64,000 bases of DNA from Laetmonice hystrix (Eukaryota), in assembly GCA_965235115.1 (NCBI GenBank), contig OZ249436.1, positions 14,942,001 through 15,006,000 of the forward strand. Reading direction: 5' to 3'. The notes beneath the pieces are model-generated. The model was not told the origin of the DNA, searched no databases, and was given only the letters and a program-made list of their open reading frames with translations. Both the position numbers and the translations under genes were made by a program. Below are positions 12,579 through 26,093 of this stretch, piece by piece. The number at the start of each line of letters is the position of its first letter. The stretch's first letter is position 1.

Positions 12579-13293
12579 TTAGAACAGGCGCATAGCAGCG
12601 ACACCTGCCGTGAGCAGCAACACCAGAGATCCTGACACGGACACTGCAGCATTCTGCCCCTGGAAATATAGAGACACATAAATGCTATTAATATCAGGAT
12701 AATTGGGTCAATTTCTAATACAAAGGCAGCCCCTGGAAACCATAAGAAACAATACACACCTATATGCCGATAACTATTGTCCCCTAAGAGGATTATCACA
12801 CTAACAGGGAACCACACAACTATGTTGATTGTATGGTTCATTATCATGACCCGCTCACCTGAGTAGTGTTTGTTGCGGCTGCGGTTGTTGCTTCCATGGT
12901 GGTGACGGCAGCGTTGGTGACGCCAGCGTTGGTGACGGCGGCGTTGGTGACGGCGGCGTTGGTGGCGCTGTCAGCGGTGGCCGCGGCCGTTACAGCGTCA
13001 GTGACTGTGGGGACGACGGTACTCGTTGATCCCTCGCATCCAGCTGAAATTGTTATGGTGAAGGAATTATTTCTATTTTTAAAAAAAATGTCAAATGAAT
13101 TGAAAATCCACGTGAAGCCGGTTCGTGTCGGTGTTGCTGTCTTACATTTCAGTTTTTGCCTAGTTCTGCATATTTACTGTCGGAAGGGTTAAGGAAATAT
13201 CAAACACGTTTTATCAGTTGGTCAGATGATTTAAGTTTCCTTACCGAAGTATGCGATCAGGGATACAGCGATCAGGGCAGCGATAGACTTCAT
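12579..13293 (-). CDS. Same family, tandem copy 3 (104 aa; MKSI..., ADSAT, NAGVT variants)
   Basis: Exons 13293-13245, 13043-12859 and 12659-12579; intact splice sites and frame. Confidence 0.87.
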
Positions 13294-14883
13294 GATTGGG
13301 TTATGTTGTGTTGTAGAGCTTGAGTTTAGCGGTCGCTGCAAATCAAACATATTCAGTTCATATCTAGTTTTCCAAAACCAAAGTAGCTACCATTTCAATC
13401 TCGGGCAATATACCATATATCCAAATTGTGACGTGGTAATCATGAACTAAACAACTGTTCCAAGCTATAACGCATGAGTAGTATTGGCTGTGAAATGTTC
13501 TTGTGTACACATATTAAGTATTAGACGATAAGTGAGGAGAGTCAGCCAGTTGTGAGAGATACCCCATGCTGGTACAACAGGTATCACTAATGTTAACTGT
13601 GTTCCCCATGGTCTCTTCGTATACTCACTGTTTCAATGGCTCCAGTCAGCTGTTTGCTGTCCCTTCTTGTGGTTTCCGAGTTTTATATACGAGGTCCTGG
13701 ATTCTGGTTGCCATAACACCAACACGACAGGAATAATACCCTTAGTCGTTTTAATTTGTTGTATATTCGCCAGGAGATTATCCTGTGCCTTGTAACTCAT
13801 ACAATATACTATAAGCTACAAGAGCGTCGCGAAACGAAGTGTTTCACAGCTGGGTAGGTATAATTCGAGGATTTTCCAGACCTGTGTGCCATCTACCGGA
13901 TAGGCTAGTGCTTAGTTTTGATTCTTCTATGCCTCTCTTGCGACGCCGATGATTAGGCCTATTACTAAGGGATGTTTTAATTCATTAGCTACCGTATTGC
14001 CACACTTTTAGGCGCATGTGCCTATAAGTGAGCATGCGCGGATATAGGCCTAGGCGCATGCGCCTATATCTGACGATTTTTGATTTTGAAATTTCCGTAA
14101 AAAATGTAAAAGTCCGCTTATAGGCGCATGCGCCTAAACGTGCGTCAATATGTATGTTTGCTACCACTTTGTGAGCACCGTGTTTAAAAAATGGGGGAGG
14201 GTCTCCACTTAAAACACCGCCCCGTCCCCTGACCCCGCCCCCGCGGAGAAACGCGTATTTCCTGTTAATTATTGTTTATTGTTGGGTCTATTCCTTAAAT
14301 TAGAAATAATCCAAGTGTATAAACACAATAATAACGGGATTCGGCTCCTTCACGCGGGGAAAATAATTAGGCCTATGGAACGAGATGGCTGGCGCATGAA
14401 TACGGGAGGACACCGGAGGTTTCGCCCTCATATGGTATCACTGACCTCCAAGGCTACAGTCTGTCCCCGCTAACTTGAGCCTAATGCATATTCATGATAT
14501 GCAAGGTCAGCTTTGTTGACTGCCGGCTGTCGGCCAACGTGTAGAGAGGCGAGCACATGGTTTGACCAGCTGCCGGACACTGACACTCAACCTGTGTGAC
14601 TGTGCACACTGGTTTGAATGACAGGCCCCTCCTCTCCCCCATTGGCCGGTATTAGGTTACGTCAGCATTAAGCCAACCCACACCGCTGATGAGACCCAGC
14701 TCCGGGATCAAGTTAGCGCGGACAGAATGTAAGTATAAAATTCGTACGAAGTAAAAGCAAATATTGAGCAACGGTTTTATCAGTTTCAGTAACAGGTGGT
14801 CAGAAATCAGGGATATTAAGACACTAAATGATTAAAGCATTTCTATGCTCACACAAGGCAGGCCTATGACTGGTGCAACTACT

Positions 14884-15013
14884 CCGCCAGGGGGCGCGAC
14901 AGTCTGACCCCGTGGTAAGTTCCGCCAGGGGGCGCATCAGTCTGAGCCCATGGTTTAAGTTCCGCCGGGCGGCGCAACCGTCTGAGGCCGTGGTAAGTTC
15001 CGCCTGGTGGCGC
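14884..15013 (+). repeat. 38-40 bp minisatellite, each unit carrying a CTCF-like core
   Basis: CCGCCAGGGGGCGC at 14884 and 14922, CCGCCGGGCGGCGC at 14962, CCGCCTGGTGGCGC at 15000. Confidence 0.8.
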
Positions 15014-16692
15014 GTCACTCGCGTTGTGGCGCGCCTTATAATGACATTCGGACGGAGATTCTACTTCAGTCAGTAATCCGGGAGTAAGGGCATGTTCACA
15101 CTGAGAATTTCTGTCTGTAAATACCTGCTACAGCGGGAGCGCGCTTGGTAACGTGCTTACCCGAGGTAAGTTACCCGAGTGCTGCCGAGATATCTCGGGT
15201 GGAGGAAAGGAATAGCTCTCTTACCTCGGGTAGCGGCAATGTGAACACGGGATATGCCGAGATTAGGCACCAGGGGGCATTACGAGCGGCCGAAATGTTT
15301 GAATGAATAAAAATGTTGTCAAGTTATATTTTGACAATTGTACTTTGTTTATATATTAGTACATGTCGGAGTACTATACTATTTTACACATATATCTGAC
15401 ACAGAACAAGACCATTTACCTAGGTTTGTCAACAATATGAAATGCCCCTTCTTAAAAAAATGTAGGCCTATTATCAAGGAATCAACCCGCAACTCTACAG
15501 TTTATTAAACGCTGGGCCAAATTCAGCGTATCTCCTTTTATCTAATAATACATCAAATTTACTCGATTATATTTGATAAAAATCCTTCGCCTCCACGTGA
15601 CAAGTGATTTAACATTTCGACAAAATTAAAGGTCTGCCAGTAATTTACCTTGGTAGTGGCTTAGGAAACAGAGGGGATGGCTCCCACTCAATAGTTAGGG
15701 GGAGCCAGAGTATGTCTGCCCCCCCCCCTCCCCCAATATTAATGCTCCTGGAAAAGGAATATTATAGGGGTATACATCTTCATAGCTTTCATAAATAATG
15801 AAAAAAGGTGGCCAAATATGAGTAAGTTATTTTGCATAGAGGTATGACCAGATGAATTTCTATACTAAACTATCACATCCCCATTAGACCTCCGGAACAC
15901 CGAAGTTTGTCAAGTCAATTTTTCTTATTCAGTTATCAGATCGATGTCACAAATAGGCACGGGTATGTCATGAACACAATGACTCAATATTCTTTGAACT
16001 TTATTTAATCTTGGTTTAGTTCTCGCATAGCCTATAGCTTGTTGACGAAGTCTTTTTGGTTCTCGTTCGACTATCACATGACTGAACGAGGGGGGGGGGT
16101 CAATCTGAACGCTGAACTTTATCAGACCTTATCAGTTCTGCCGGCCGAAGCTCTGCCGAGGAATCATCAGTCATGACAAACGGGGATGGATTTTGTTTTA
16201 AGATGTTTATTTATATACAATGTAATAAGTCATGCAACAAGTCCCGGTTTTTCATTCAATCCTCGATGCTGTCAGATGTCACTACCCTTATCAACATTAT
16301 CCGGCCTGGTGCAGTGCCTGTTGTTGATTATTGTCAACATTGTGTCGACGCTTCATGCCCAACAGATAAATGTCATTTCAGCGTCGATAAGAACTGCAGT
16401 ACCGTACTAATATTTCCAGGGTCTCCTGTGAGAAAAGATGCTATCCTGACAGGAGTGTGGTCCACCAATAACAGCTCGATAACCTGATCCAAACACAAGG
16501 CTCCAAGTCAACTTCGTAATTGCTATTTTAAAATGCCAGTTTATCACAATTTGACCAATCCACATGGGGTGCTGCTGACTTCATAATCTCTCCCCGATGT
16601 GTTCGCCAGTTTCTTTGATGTACTGTTCTTCAGGGAATCCGTCGGCTCACAGACGCTGTGAAAGCTTCCGTTGTGGAGGTCGAGGTAGTAAC

Positions 16693-17407
16693 TTAGAACA
16701 GGCGCATAGCAGCGACACCTGCCGTGAGTAGCAACACCAGAGATCCTGACACGGACACTGCAGCATTCTGCCCCTGGAAATAGAGAGACACATACATGCT
16801 ATTAATATCAGGATAATTGGGTCAATTTCTAATACAAAGGCAGCCCCTGGAAACCATAAGAAACAATACACACCTATATGCCGATAACTATTGTCCCCTA
16901 AGAGGATTATCACACTAACAGGGAACCACACAACTATGTCGATTGTATGGTTCATTATCATGACCCGCTCACCTGAGTAGTGTTTGTTGCGGCTGCGGTT
17001 GTTGCTTCCATGGTTGTGACGGCAGCGTTGGTGACGGCGGCGTTGGTGACGGCGGCGTTGGTGACGGCGGCGTTGGTGGCGCCGTCAGCGGTGGCCGCGG
17101 CCGTTACAGCGTCAGTGACTGTGGGGACGACGGTACTCGTTGACCCCTCGCATCCAGCTGAAATTGTTATGGTGAAGGAATTATTTCTATTTTTAAAAAA
17201 TGTCAAATGAATTGGAAATCCACGTGAAGCCGGTTCGTGTCGGTGTTGCTGTCTTACATTTCAGTTTTTGCCTATTTCTGCATTAACTGTCAGAATTAAG
17301 GGTTAAGGAAATATCAAACACGTTTTAACAGTTGGTAAGATGATTTGCGCTTCCTTACCGAAGTATGCGACCAGGGAAACAGCGATCAGGGCAGCGACAG
17401 ACTTCAT
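16693..17407 (-). CDS. Same family, tandem copy 4 (104 aa)
   Basis: Exons 17407-17359, 17157-16973 and 16773-16693; intact. Confidence 0.87.
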
Positions 17408-19001
17408 GATTGGGTTATGTTGTGTTGTAGAGCTTGAGTTTAGCGGTCGCTGCAAATCAAACATATTCAGTTCATATCTAGTTTTCCAAAACCAAAGTAG
17501 CTACCATTTCAATCTCGGGCAATATACCGTATATCCAAATGTGACGTGGTAATCATGAACTAAACAAATTTCCAAGCTATAACGCATGAGTAGTATTGGC
17601 TGTGAAATGTTCTTGTGTACACATATTAAGTATTAGACGGTAAGTGAGGAGAGTCAGCCAGTTGTGAGAGATACCCCATGCTGGTACAACAGGTATCGCT
17701 AATGTTGACTGTGTTTCCCATGGTCTCTTCGTATACTCACTGTTTCAATGGCTCCAGTCAGCTGTTTGCTGTCCCTTCTTGGACTCCCCGAGTTTTATAT
17801 AGGAGGACATGAATTCTGGTTGCCATAACACAAACACGACAGGAATAATACCCTTAGTCGTTTTGATTTGTTGCATATCGCCAGGAGATTATCCTGTGAA
17901 TTGTAACTCATACAATATACTATAAGCTACAAGAGCGTCGCGAAACGAAGTGTTTCACAGCTGGGTAGGTATAATTCGAGGATTTTCCAGACCTGTGTGC
18001 CATCTACCGTAAACGCTAGTGCTTAGTGTTGATTCTTCTATGCCTCTCTTGCGACGGCGATGATTAGGCCTTTTACTAAGGGATGTTTTCATTAGCTACC
18101 GTATTGCCGCACTTTTAGGCGCATGTGCCTATAAGTGAGCATGCGCCTATGCCCAGATATAGGCGCATGCGCCTATATCTGACGATTTTTGATTTTGAAA
18201 TTTCCGTAAAAAATGTAAAAGTCCGCTTATAGGCGCATGCGCCTAAACGTGCGTCAATATGTATGTTTGCTACCACTTTGTGAGCACCGTGTTTAAAAAA
18301 TGGGGGAGGGTCTCCACTTAAAAAACCGCCCCGTCCCCTGACCCCGCCCCCGCGGAGAAACGCTTATTTCCTGTTAATTCTTGTTTAATGTTGGCTCTTT
18401 TCCTTAAATTAGAAATAATCCAAGCGTATAAACACAATAATAACGGGATTCGGCTCCTTCACGTGGGAAAATAATTAGGCCTATGGAACGAGATGGCTGG
18501 CGCATGAATACGGGAGGACACCGAAGGTTTCTCCCTCATATGGGATCACTGACCTCCAAGGCTACAGTCTGTCCCCGCTAACTTGAGCCTAATGCATAAT
18601 CATGATATATGCAAGGTCAGCTTTGTTGACTGCCGGCTGTCGGCCAACGTGTAGAGAGGCGAGCACATGGTTTGACCAGCTGCCGGACACTGACACTCAA
18701 CCTGTGTGATTGTGCACACTGGTTTGAATGACAGGCCCCTCCTCTCCCCCATTGGCCGGTATTAGGTTACGTCAGCACTGAGCCAACCCACACCGCTGAT
18801 GAGACCCAGCTCCGGGATCAAGTTAGCGCAGACAGAATGTAAGTATAAAATTCGTACGAAGTAAAAGCAAATATTGAGCAACGGTTTTATCACAGTTTCA
18901 GTAACAGGTGGTCAGAAATCAGGGACATTAAGACACTAGGCCTAAATGATTAAAGCATTTCTATGCTCACACAAGTCAGGCCTATGACTGGTGCAACTAC
19001 T

Positions 19002-19131
19002 CCGCCAGGGGGCGCGACAGTCTGACCCCGTGGTAAGTTCCGCCAGGGGGCGCATCACTCTGAGCCCATGGTTTAAGTTCCGCCGGGCGGCGCAACCGTC
19101 TGAGCCCGTGGTAAGTTCCGCCTGGTGGCGC
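19002..19131 (+). repeat. Second copy of the CTCF-like minisatellite
   Basis: Cores at 19002, 19040, 19080 and 19118; a single degenerate unit also at 26105. Confidence 0.8.
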
Positions 19132-19205
19132 GACACTCGCGTTGTGGCGCGCCTTATAATGACATTGGGACGGAGATTCTACTTCAGTCAGTAATCCGGG
19201 AGTAA

Positions 19206-20307
19206 GGGCGTGTTCACACTGAGAATTTCTGCCTGTAAATACCTGCTATAGCGGGAGCGCGCTTGGTAACGTGCTTACCTGAGGTAAGTTACCCGAGTGC
19301 TGCCGAGATATCTCGGGTGGAGGAAAGGAATAGCTCTCTTACCTCGGGTAGCGGCAATGTGAACGCGGGATATGCCAAGATTAGGCACCAGGGGGCATTA
19401 CGAGCGGCCGAAATGTTTGAATGAATAAAAATGTTGTCAAGTTATATTTTGACAATTGTACTTTGTTTATATATTAGTACATGTCGGAGTACTATACTAT
19501 TTTGCACATATATCTGACACTGAACAAGACCATTTACCTAGGTTTGTCAACAATATGAAATGCCCCTTCTTAAAAGAAATGTAGGCCTATTATCAAGGAA
19601 TCAACCCGCAACTCTTCAGTTTAATAAACGCTGGGCCAAATTCAGCGTATCCCATTTTATCTAATTATACATCAATTTTATTTCGATTATATTTGATAAA
19701 AATCCTTCGCCTCCACGTGACAAGTGATTTAACATTTCGACAAAATTAAAGGTCTCCCAGTAATTTACCTTGGTAGTGGCTTAGGAAACAGAGGGGATGG
19801 CCCCCACTCAATAGTTAGGGGGAGCCAGAGTATGTCTGCCCCCCCCCCTCCCCCAATATTAATGCTCCTGGAAAAGGAATATTATAGGGGTATACATCTT
19901 CATAGCTTTCATAAATAATGAAAAAAGGTGGCCGCTATGAGTAGGCCTAAGTTAATTTGTATAGAGGTATGACCAGATGGATTTCTATACTAAACTATCA
20001 CATCCCCATTAGACCTCCGGAACACCGAAGTTTGTCAACTCAATTTTTCTTATTCAGTTATCAGATAGATGTCACAAATAGGCACGGGTATGTCATGAAC
20101 CCAGTGACTCAATATTCTTTGAACTTTATTTAATCTTGGTTTAGTTCTCGCATAGCCTATAGCTTGTTGACGAAGTCTTTTTGGTTCTCGTTCGACTATC
20201 ACGTGACAAAACGGGGGGGGGGGGGGTCAATCTGAACGCTGAACTTTATCAGACCTTATCAGTTCTGCCGGCCGAAGCTCTGCCGGCAAATCGATGTGAA
20301 TGCAGCC
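19206..20307. mobile_element. Composite insertion with PIF/Harbinger-type ends; homolog at 15088-16158
   Basis: TAA|GGGCGTGTTCACACTG on the left and TGTGAATGCAGCC|TTA on the right; interrupts a 3'-flank motif that is contiguous in copies 1, 2, 3 and 6. Confidence 0.6.
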
Positions 20308-20849
20308 TTAGGCCGAGGAATCATCAGTCATGACAAACGGAGATGGATATTGTTTTAAGATGTTTATTTATATACAATGTAATAGGTCATGTAACAAGTC
20401 CCGGTTTTTCATTCAATCCTCGATGCTGTCAGATGTCAGTACCCTTATCAACATTATCCGGCCTGGTGCAGTGTCTGTTGTTGATTATTATCAACATTGT
20501 GTCGACGCTTCATGCCCAACAGATAAATGTCATTTCAGCGTCGATAAGAACTGCAGTACCGTACTAATGTTTCCAGGGTCTCCTGTGAGAAAAGATGCTA
20601 TCCTGACAGTAGTGTGGTCCACCAATAACAGCTCGATAACCTGATCCAAACACAAGGCTTCAAGTCAACTTCGTAATTGCTATTTTCAAATGCCAGTTTT
20701 TCACAATTTGACCAATCCACATGGGGTGCTGCTGACTTCATAATCTCTCCCCGATGTGTTCGCCAGTTTCTTTGATGTACTGTTCTTCAGGGAATCCGTC
20801 GGCTCACAGACGCTGTGAAAGCTTCCGTTGTGGAGGTCGAGGTAGTAAC

Positions 20850-21672
20850 TTAGAACAGGCGCATAGCAGCGACACCTGCCGTGAGCAGCAACACCAGAGA
20901 TCCTGACACGGACACTGCAGCATTCTGCCCCTGGAAATATAGACACACATACATGCTATTAATGTCCAGATAATTTATAATACAAAGGTGGACCATGAAA
21001 ACCGTAAGAAACAATGCACGTGCACCTCAGGCGCATGTCCGGGGGGGGGGGGGGTCCCTGCTCAGAGCCCCCAATTTGTTATTTATAGGTTGGGGCTTTC
21101 ACCGCCACATCGTCGACCCCCGCCACCCAGCGAAAAATCCTGCACATGCGCCTGTACCTTTATGCCAATAAGGATTATCACACTAATAGTGAACCACACA
21201 ACTATGTCGATTGTATTGTTACATTATCATGACCCGCTCACCTGAGTAGTGTTTGTTGCGGCTGCGGTTGTTGCTTCCATGGTGGTGACGGCAGCGTTGG
21301 TGACGGCGGCGTTGGTGACAGCGGCGTTGGTGACGGCTGCGTTGGTGGCGCCGTCAGCGGTGGCCGCGGCCGTTACAGCGTCAGTGACTGTGGGGACGAC
21401 GGTACTCGTTGACCCCTCGCATCCAGCTGAAATTGTTATGGTGAAGGAATAATCTCTCTTTAAAAAACATGTCAAGTGAATTGAAAAATCATGTGAAGCC
21501 GGTTCGTGTCGATTTAACGATTTTACATTTCAGTTTTTGCCTATTTCTGCCTGAACTGTCAGAAGGGTTAAGGAAATATCAAACACGTTTTATCAGTTGG
21601 TCAGATGATTTAAGTTTCCTTACCGAAGTATGCGATCAGGGAAACAGCGATCAGGGCAGCGACAGACTTCAT
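20850..21672 (-). CDS. Same family, tandem copy 5 (104 aa)
   Basis: Exons 21672-21624, 21426-21242 and 20930-20850; intact. Confidence 0.87.
21028..21154. mobile_element. Short hAT-like MITE in intron 2 of copy 5; degenerate homolog at about 27132-27220 in copy 6
   Basis: 11-bp TIR CAGGCGCATGT; explains the longer intron 2 (311 and 281 nt versus 195-199 nt). Confidence 0.6.
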
Positions 21673-22879
21673 GATTGGGTTGTTGTGTTGTAGAGCTTGA
21701 GTTTAGCGGTCGCTGCAAATCAAACATATTCAGTTCATATCTAGTTTTCCAAAGCGAGAGTAGTCACTATTTCAATCTCGGGCAATATACCATATCCAAA
21801 TTGTGACGTGGTAATCATCAACTAAACAACTGTTCCAAGCTATAACGCATGAGTAGTATTGGCTGTGAAATGTTCTTGTGTATTAAGTATTAGACGGTAA
21901 GTGAGGAGAGTCAGCCAGTTATGAGAGATACCCCATGCTGGCACAACAGGTATCGCTAATGTTGACTGTGTTTCCCATGGTCTCTTCGTATACTCACCGT
22001 TTCAATGGCTCCAGTCAGCTGTTTGCTGCCCCTTCTTGGACTCCCGAGGTTTATATAGGTTAACCTGGGTTCTGGTTGCCATAACACCAACATGACAAGA
22101 ATAATTCCCTTAGCCGTTTTAATTCGTTACACATTCGTCAAGAGATTATCCTCTAGACTTATTACAATAGGTGTATACTAGCGACAAGAGTGCCGCTATT
22201 GTAAGTGTCTCACAGCCGGGTATAGGTATTATCAGGGGATTTCCAGCGAGCAATCGCAGAGACCTGTGTGCCATCTACCGTAAACCGCCAGTGCTTAGTT
22301 TTGATTTTTCTATGCCTCTCTTGCGACGCCGACGATTAGGCCTATTACCAAGGATTCCTTACGTCCTTTACATGTTTTCATTAGCTATGGGAGAACTCAA
22401 TATTTCATACAGAAGAACTCCCGTTATTCCTATATTCATTCTCCTACAGACTTAATAGTCCAGTAGTTATTTTGATTTGTATAATTATGTCGGGACTATT
22501 ACTTCACATGAAGCTCGGAGCAGACGTAGGCCTATATTACACGGCTCCAAAACTTAAAGGTTAAAGGTATACTCCAATGGGCGTTATTTCCATCCTAAAA
22601 CAGAACCTTAAACAGGAATATGTCTTAAATTTACATGAAAAGGCTATTTCACAGAAAAAGGAGAACAGCCATGCATGCATGACACCCGTTGAGAGGATTA
22701 CCTTGATTTCAAAGTGGCGGAGCTCACCGAAATTTTACTCCCCACATATACAGAATTATAATCTCCCATTATGTAGAGGGGCTAGCTCCACTACCCCTCT
22801 GCCATACATGACTTTTTACGGGCAAAAGCGGCCCCCTACGCGTTAACCCCCGTTTTTGCAAAGTCGGCCGTCCTGACAA

Positions 22880-24410
22880 ACGGCAAACACTATAGTGAGG
22901 GCACTCGACATGTATTGACTGGCCGCCGCCTGGACCTAACACTACAGTGAGGGCTGCCAACATGGACTGACTGGCCTTATACTGGAGCAAACACTACAGT
23001 GAGGGCTCCCTACATGTATTGACTGCTCTTGGGCTAGAGCAAACACTACAGTGAGGACTCCCTACATGTATTGAGTGACCTTGGGATGGAGCAAACACTA
23101 CAGTGAGGGTTCTTTAGATGTATTGACAGGCCTCAGACTGGAGCAAACACTACAGTGAGGGCTGCCCACATGGACTGACTTGTCTTATACTCGAGCAAAC
23201 ACTACAGTGAGGGCTCCCTACATGCCTTGACTGGCCTTATTGTCGAGCAAACACTACAGTGAGGGCTCCTTGCATGTAATGACTGGCCTTGGGCTAGAGC
23301 AAACAGTACAGTGAGGGCTCCCTACATGTATTCACTGGCGTCATACTCGAGAACACACTACAGTGGGGGCTCTCTACATGTATTGGCTGGCCTTAGACCG
23401 GAGCAAACACTACAGTGAAGGTTCCCTACATACATGTATTGACTGCCCTTGGTCTGGAGCAAACAGTACAGTGAGGGCTGCCCACATGGACTAATTGGCT
23501 TTATACTCGAGCAAACACTACGGTGAAGGCTCCCTATATGTATTGACTGCCCTTAGGCTGGAGCAAACACTATAGTGAGGGCTCCCTACATGTATTGACT
23601 GCCCTTGGGCTGGAGCAAACACTATAGTGAGGGCTCCCTACATTATTGACTGGCCTTATACTCAAGCAAACACTACAGTGAGGGCACTCTACATGTATTG
23701 ACTGGAGGAAACACTACAGTGAGGGTGCCCACATGGACTGACTGGCCTTATACTCGAGGAGACACTACAGTGAGGGCTCCCTACATGTATTAACTGGCCT
23801 TATTGTCGAACAAACACTAAAGTGACGGCTCTCTACATGTATTGGCTGGCCTTAGACTGGAGCAAACACTACAGTGAAGGCTTCCTTCATGAATTGACTT
23901 CCCTTGGGCTGGAGCAAACACTACAGTGAGGGCACTCTACATGTATTGAATGGCCTCTGCCTGGAGCAAACACTAGAGTGAGGGCTGCCAACAAGGTACT
24001 GAGTCGCGTTATACTCGAGCAAACACTACAGTGAGGGTTGCCCACATGGACTGACTGGCCTTATACTTGATCAAACACAGTGAGGGCTCTCTACATGTAT
24101 TGACGGGCCTAAGACTTGAGCAAACACTACATTGAGGCCAAACAGTACAGTGAGTCGTCCCTACACTACTGGCTACCGTTGTATGCAAGCAAACACTACA
24201 GTGAGGCCAAACAATACAGTGAGGGCAAACAGTACAGTTAGGCCAAACAGTACGTAGAGGAGGCCCTAAATGGTACTGGCTAGTACCCAAGTAAACAGTA
24301 GAGTGAGGCCAAACAGTACAGTGAGGCCAAACAGTAAGGGAGGCCAAACAGTACAGTGAGAAGTCCCTACATAGACTGGCTGGTCTAGTACCCAAGCAAA
24401 CAGTACAGTG
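22880..24410 (+). repeat. 52-bp minisatellite (about 24 units) grading into 18-bp units
   Basis: Core AGCAAACACTACAGTGAGGG recurs at 22986, 23038 and 23090 (52-bp period); GAGGCCAAACAGTACAGT 18-mers after about 24120. Confidence 0.9.
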
Positions 24411-25148
24411 AGTTAGTGGAAATGAAAGGTATAGGCGATGGGCATCTATTGTTAAAATTTGGAGAAGATACTCAAATGGGAAGTATATATTTCACAACCA
24501 TTTATCTGTAGCGAACGTACGTGACGGAAATGTTTTACAGTTATTTTGAATACTTTCCAGAAGCACACGATATTTATACAATGCCAACACATGGAGGTAG
24601 TCATATTACATGGTTTTGATATAGAAATACTCCGATGCCCCTTAAACAGTGAAGACTGAAGTGCTCTCTTTTTTATGAGCGAACGTACGTGACGAATACC
24701 ATGCAAATATTCCAGTAGCGAATTACAATACCAGATATGCATACAAACATTGGAAAAATGACCTAATATTATGTAAAATAGATGTATTTAGCATTTTAAA
24801 TCATTCCCTGACCAGTACAAGCATATGTGTGCACACTGAAGGATGTAGCAGTGGCATTCAGAGGAAAATTTTCAAGGAAAATCACATATTTGTGCATTTA
24901 AGTGAATTCTCTAAAGATGCAATTTTTGCATTTTTGATGTTTTTTGTCATTCCGATGATTTTGTAATATTTTTCAATAAAAAAACGTACAAATAAAGGTA
25001 GCAATTGTGTTCTGTTATCACAACCATGTTTCTTCATGGATATCAGGAGCAAAAAAAAACTTTTATTAAAATGGTTTTACCCTCATTTTTCATGGAAAAC
25101 ATGAAATTCAATAAGGCCGCCATGAGGTCACGTTACCGTGTCATTAAG
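24360..25148 (+). repeat. Dispersed repeat; reverse-complement fragments at 35281-35580 and about 36780-37155
   Basis: For example, 24600-24668 is the reverse complement of 35281-35370; the repeat ends in GTTACCGTGTCATTAA, a possible TTAA-type transposon end. Confidence 0.7.
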
Positions 25149-25359
25149 GAAAAATGTATTAAAAATGCATTTTTCATGTAGCCTAACTACCAGTACAACC
25201 GATTATAGTGAAAGAATTTTGATAAAACATGGTCTCTTCTTTTTGTGGCAGAGATTCTACAGTCACTCATTTTTCCTTGAAAAAGGCCCAGCAAATAGGG
25301 TTACAGTAAGCTTCACCACGGAAGGGGTTAAATTAACTCTGACTATATAGAAATAAAGG

Positions 25360-26093
25360 TTGTTTGAGGTTCCCAGTAGAACTTCTGAGTTCCTTGTGGC
25401 ACCTGTTTTTTTTAGTTTCTTTGGGGAACCCGGAGGAAAGGTTCCTTGCAAGTATAGAGTTGAAATGTTGAGGGTTCCATGTAGAACTCTTCTAGAAAAA
25501 AGGGTTCCATACAAGTAACCAAGCACGAGTTGATCCTCAACCCCGTCGTGTCATAATAGGGGCCTACATGAATGCCGGCTAATGCGAGCATGGCATAGAT
25601 TGATAATAATATTAATACAGTCTTTGTCATATGGTGTTGAGTGGAAGGTCAATTAGTGGCCTAATTAGGCCCCTATGAAGTGTGATTCGTCAACATTTGT
25701 CTAGGAAACACCATCTTTGCAGGCCAGAAGACGTTATGTATAGACAGTCGATGTTTTGAATTCACCAGGCCATAAGGTTTGCTCCAACTGGTTCTAAACT
25801 AGTATAGATCCAGTATTGGCTTATTTTATGTCTATTATAGACAAAAAGGGTTCTTTATAAAACCCCTGAGGATTGGTTCTTTAAAAAAACCTTAAATAAA
25901 GTTTCCCTGTTGGGGAGAACCTTTGACGATTCCACTCTGAACCTTTCTCAGAACCTCTAATATTGAGAACCTTTAAGGGTTCTAAGTGTGGAACCTTTAA
26001 ATGGTGTCATTTAGAACTTTTGAAGGTTCCTTATCTATATCAAGGCTTAGAACCTCCAAAGGTTCCGCTACAGAACCATTTGTTCTAAGAGTG
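25360..26093. mobile_element. CACTA/EnSpm-like non-autonomous remnant
   Basis: Right end TTCTAAGAGTG (reverse complement CACTCTTAGAA) with dense GAACC/GGTTC sub-terminal repeats; left TIR not clearly seen. Confidence 0.55.

Noticed and set aside
16973-17157. Antifreeze glycoprotein
   Set aside because: The repeat is NAAVT, not (AAT)n; it is short and followed by a membrane-anchor-like tail, so the resemblance is only compositional.
22880-24120. CRISPR-like look of a conserved core with variable intervening sequence
   Set aside because: The intervening segments are homologous to each other, the context is eukaryotic and there are no cas genes; it is a minisatellite.
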